This document shows, piece by piece, positions 4,588 through 6,908 of a stretch of 6,908 bases of DNA. A model generated the notes under the pieces. The model worked only from the letters and a program-made list of their open reading frames with translations, was not told where the DNA came from and searched no databases. The DNA comes from a virus. Numbering within the stretch: position 1 is the first letter of the stretch; every line of letters begins with the position of its first letter. Position numbers and translations under genes: made by a program. Where the stretch lies: the IMG/VR virus record IMGVR_UViG_3300045988_003386, positions 1 through 6,908 of that record; one strand, 5' to 3'.

Positions 4588-5652
4588 TTAATAGCCAATA
4601 CCATTCGAAGAAGAAGGCTCACCACGTGAGGAAATTCTAAAGATAGGTTTTAGCATAGACTGAAATATCTTAGATCCATAATCCACTGCATTACGTAGAC
4701 CATACGAATCAAAATCTTTCTTAGCGTTTCCGGCAGACCATTTATAATAGTCACGGATAGCCTTATCCTTAGAATACTGAACAGTCTTACGATGGTTCAC
4801 ATTCTTATAATCCCACAAAGAATCATAATACTGTGTATAATAAGCCATATTCGTAGCGCTCACAAGAGCATCAGCAGTACCAGAGGCTACTTTATTAGAA
4901 ATACGCTGACCTCGTGCCTGAGCAGCCACCAAAAGAGCACGCATAAGTTCAGTTTGAACCTGTTTTTCTGTTAAAGCACCTTGCTGGACAAGATTGTACA
5001 AATACTGAGATTTAGTAAGCAAATCCGCCTGTTGTTGAGAATCCATATATTTATTAAGGACAGATTGAGCATCAGCCTGCAAATAAATATGAGACGTCTG
5101 AGCCGCAGACAACTTACCGGCAGTAACAGCATTCTCAAGTTCCTGACGCTCTCTAGACTGATCCAACTCAGCAGAAATACGACCAGTATTAGAATCCCAA
5201 TAACCGGACTCACCAACACCAATATTTTTATAATTAGTATCTCCTATAATCTTTTTCGCCAAAAGAGGAGTAAGAGTATCAACCTGTTTAGACTCGGAAA
5301 TAGCCTTACGGGCCTGTGCAAATGTCGCCAATGCAGAGTCAATACCAGACAGATCTACATGTACACCTTGCATAGCAGGAGTAGAAGGAATTGAAGCCTG
5401 AGGGGAAGAGCTAGGAGAAGCAGAAGTACCTGCACCGGTCTGACTGACAAATGGATTCAAACCTCGAGCAATCTGAGCAGCAGGAGAATTATATTGATTC
5501 TGATAATCAACCATATATTTCTGCCATTGCCGAGACAGCTGTGCCTCATTCTGCGAGGCCAAGCGATTCTGTGTAGCAATTAATTCATTTGTCGCATTCG
5601 CATTAGATTGCGACATAGAATTAATCAGACTACCAAACAATGAACCTATCAT
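4588..5652 (-). CDS. VP2: DNA pilot / minor capsid protein VP2 (phiX H-like), 354 aa
   Basis: The ATG at 5652..5650 overlaps the upstream stop (ATGA). The N-terminus MIGSLFGSLINS is followed by a Q/N-rich block ending in YNSPAAQIARGLNPF, resembling the ...AGLNP hallmark of microvirus VP2 proteins. Next come an S/P-rich linker (GTSASPSSSPQASIPSTP) and a long helical Q/A/L-rich region. Its position after VP1 is typical. Confidence 0.72.
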   Translation of the reverse strand: MIGSLFGSLINSMSQSNANATNELIATQNRLASQNEAQLSRQWQKYMVDYQNQYNSPAAQIARGLNPFVSQTGAGTSASPSSSPQASIPSTPAMQGVHVDLSGIDSALATFAQARKAISESKQVDTLTPLLAKKIIGDTNYKNIGVGESGYWDSNTGRISAELDQSRERQELENAVTAGKLSAAQTSHIYLQADAQSVLNKYMDSQQQADLLTKSQYLYNLVQQGALTEKQVQTELMRALLVAAQARGQRISNKVASGTADALVSATNMAYYTQYYDSLWDYKNVNHRKTVQYSKDKAIRDYYKWSAGNAKKDFDSYGLRNAVDYGSKIFQSMLKPIFRISSRGEPSSSNGIGY

Positions 5653-6092
5653 TGAGCGCTAGAGGCAGATGCGGAATCCGAAGACGGCACTACCTCATTC
5701 TCTGCCAACATAGACTCAGCAAAAGCAGATAATTCACTCTTTTCGCTAGCTAATTGCTGAAGGACAGCTTGCCTCTCTGACATAGTCTGACAATGACGAG
5801 AAATAACACAATTAAATCGTTCCTCATCAGTCATACCGTCCATAACAGTAGACTGAGTAGGATGCATCTGGGCAAGAATATTCTGAACATTCATATCACC
5901 AAGAAGACGACGATATTTCTCTTGATTAAGAAGAATAGAAGTCATATCCATATACATAAACGAGCCATCAGACAATTCTTCCAACATGACCGAATCATAT
6001 ACACTAGGTTCATAACAAGGATTTCCTTCAATCAATTCGGGAATCACAGTATCCTGTTCAAACTCAGGATTAATATAAGCAAATTTTCTCAT
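5649..6092 (-). CDS. Hypothetical acidic 147-aa protein between VP1 and VP2, possibly an internal scaffolding (VP3-like) protein
   Basis: I prefer the ATG at 6092..6090 (MRKFAYINPEFEQDTVIPELIEGNPCYEPS...), 10 nt after the VP1 stop. The track ORF extends to a TTG at 6218, which would overlap the VP1 3' end. The protein is D/E-rich with an S/A-rich C-terminus. The functional call rests on position and size only. The fold-back breakpoint (6032..6039) lies inside codons 18-21. Confidence 0.55.
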   Translation of the reverse strand: MRKFAYINPEFEQDTVIPELIEGNPCYEPSVYDSVMLEELSDGSFMYMDMTSILLNQEKYRRLLGDMNVQNILAQMHPTQSTVMDGMTDEERFNCVISRHCQTMSERQAVLQQLASEKSELSAFAESMLAENEVVPSSDSASASSAQ

Positions 6093-6908
6093 AACAATAC
6101 AATTAATAAGGTAAACCATTTCTATCCAAATTCTGGACAGCGTAAACCTTGAAATTAACATTACACAATAACTGATCATAAGCCACGCTATATTTACTAG
6201 TAGTAATCTGGGGCTCAAAAATAGAGTTCAATTGCTGTGGCCGAATCTTAAATGATTGATAACTCAATGAAGACTGACCGGAGACCTGTATCTGAGAACC
6301 TTCAAGCGGAGCAACCCAAGAGTGATAAGCAGCAGCAGGACGGAATCCACCATGAACCGTATCAACTGCAGATTTCCACTGCCAATAGCGCAGATTATAT
6401 CCAATACTACCAGCAGGAGAAGACGGGCTGTTATTAAGCGCTAAAGAAGGAACAGGTTGCATACCCAACTGATCAAATGCAGGTTGGGGAAAATCAGAAA
6501 TAGACGTACACAACAACTGAGGATTATGTCCCTTAAGAGACCAATCAAGCAAGGGAACAGCATGGTATACACACATAATAACCTGATGTTCAGCACCACA
6601 ATCGTAATTAATAGTATGACCAGATTGAGAACCTACGCCTTTACCAGCAATAACAGCCTGAGATCTATCATCTGTCAAATTGGTATTCAAAACCTCATTA
6701 ATATTAATCACATTGGACCAACCTCCAATATAATGAGCATGATTTCCCATGTATTCAGGAGCCTTAATACCAAATTGAGCGGCCATCTGGTCTGAATAGT
6801 CCTTACTAGAGAACTGTACTACTTCTTTCCAACGCTGAAGATATTCAGTGGCACGAATTGAAAGGGCGGAAAGATCAGAATTAATACGAACTTCACGGGT
6901 GGCGCCGG
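6032..6908. repeat. Right arm of the 877-nt inverted repeat. This copy sits in correct gene context.
   Basis: It is the reverse complement of 1..877 (see the left arm). Here the VP1 3' part and the start of the 147-aa gene are colinear and co-oriented with the remaining genes. Confidence 0.97.
6103..6908 (-). CDS. VP1: Major capsid protein VP1/F, C-terminal part (partial at the contig end; continues from 925 through circular closure)
   Basis: The sequence matches 3..806 but lies on the coding strand shared by all other genes. The frame is open to the contig end. The codon ACC (Thr) is split as 925 | 6908-6907, giving ...ANSTGATREVRINSDLSALSIRATEYLQRW.... The stop TAA is at 6105..6103. Confidence 0.9.
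   Translation of the reverse strand, partial: GATREVRINSDLSALSIRATEYLQRWKEVVQFSSKDYSDQMAAQFGIKAPEYMGNHAHYIGGWSNVININEVLNTNLTDDRSQAVIAGKGVGSQSGHTINYDCGAEHQVIMCVYHAVPLLDWSLKGHNPQLLCTSISDFPQPAFDQLGMQPVPSLALNNSPSSPAGSIGYNLRYWQWKSAVDTVHGGFRPAAAYHSWVAPLEGSQIQVSGQSSLSYQSFKIRPQQLNSIFEPQITTSKYSVAYDQLLCNVNFKVYAVQNLDRNGLPY

Noticed and set aside
5649-6218. The long 189-aa version of the post-capsid ORF
   Set aside because: Its first codon is TTG (691..693 in the mirror copy), and the first 42 codons overlap the 3' end of VP1 in another frame with hydrophobic low-complexity sequence. The ATG at 6092, 10 nt after the VP1 stop, fits the compact gene layout better.
1-6908. A genuine linear genome with inverted terminal repeats or hairpin telomeres
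   Set aside because: The repeat bisects the capsid gene and the following gene instead of flanking them. The left arm is followed by a 47-nt direct copy of the right contig end. Deleting the redundancy gives a clean single-polarity circular microvirus genome with an intact 570-codon VP1.

Overview
This window is essentially a whole small ssDNA phage genome of the family Microviridae, from a non-phiX lineage. The 559-aa VP4, the lack of Shine-Dalgarno motifs and a Bacteroides-type promoter tentatively suggest an Alpavirinae-like virus of a Bacteroidota host. All credible genes lie on the minus strand. In sense order they are VP4 rolling-circle Rep (HUH), VP1 major capsid, a 147-aa acidic protein and VP2 pilot protein. 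After a ~370-nt hairpin-rich noncoding region come a 64-aa ORF, a 27-aa membrane peptide and a 102-aa M15/LAS-type zinc peptidase, which abuts VP4. The contig is not colinear with a genome. Positions 1..877 are a perfect reverse complement of 6032..6908, and 870..924 directly repeats 6854..6908. Removing this redundancy gives a 5,984-nt circle (925..6908) in which the two VP1 pieces rejoin in frame into a 570-codon capsid gene. The terminal inverted repeat therefore looks like a fold-back (snap-back) chimera formed at an 8-nt inverted microhomology on a rolling-circle or MDA product, not a telomere or invertible element. The most interesting biology is the tiny membrane peptide plus M15 peptidase as a candidate two-component lysis or entry module in a microvirus. 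Also of interest are the locally GC-rich, hairpin-rich intergenic region with a GGGGAT repeat, and a phiX174-origin-like motif in the VP4-VP1 spacer. I see no CRISPR array, tRNA, integrase, reverse transcriptase or recognisable defence system. All homology statements are from motif recognition by eye, not database searches.
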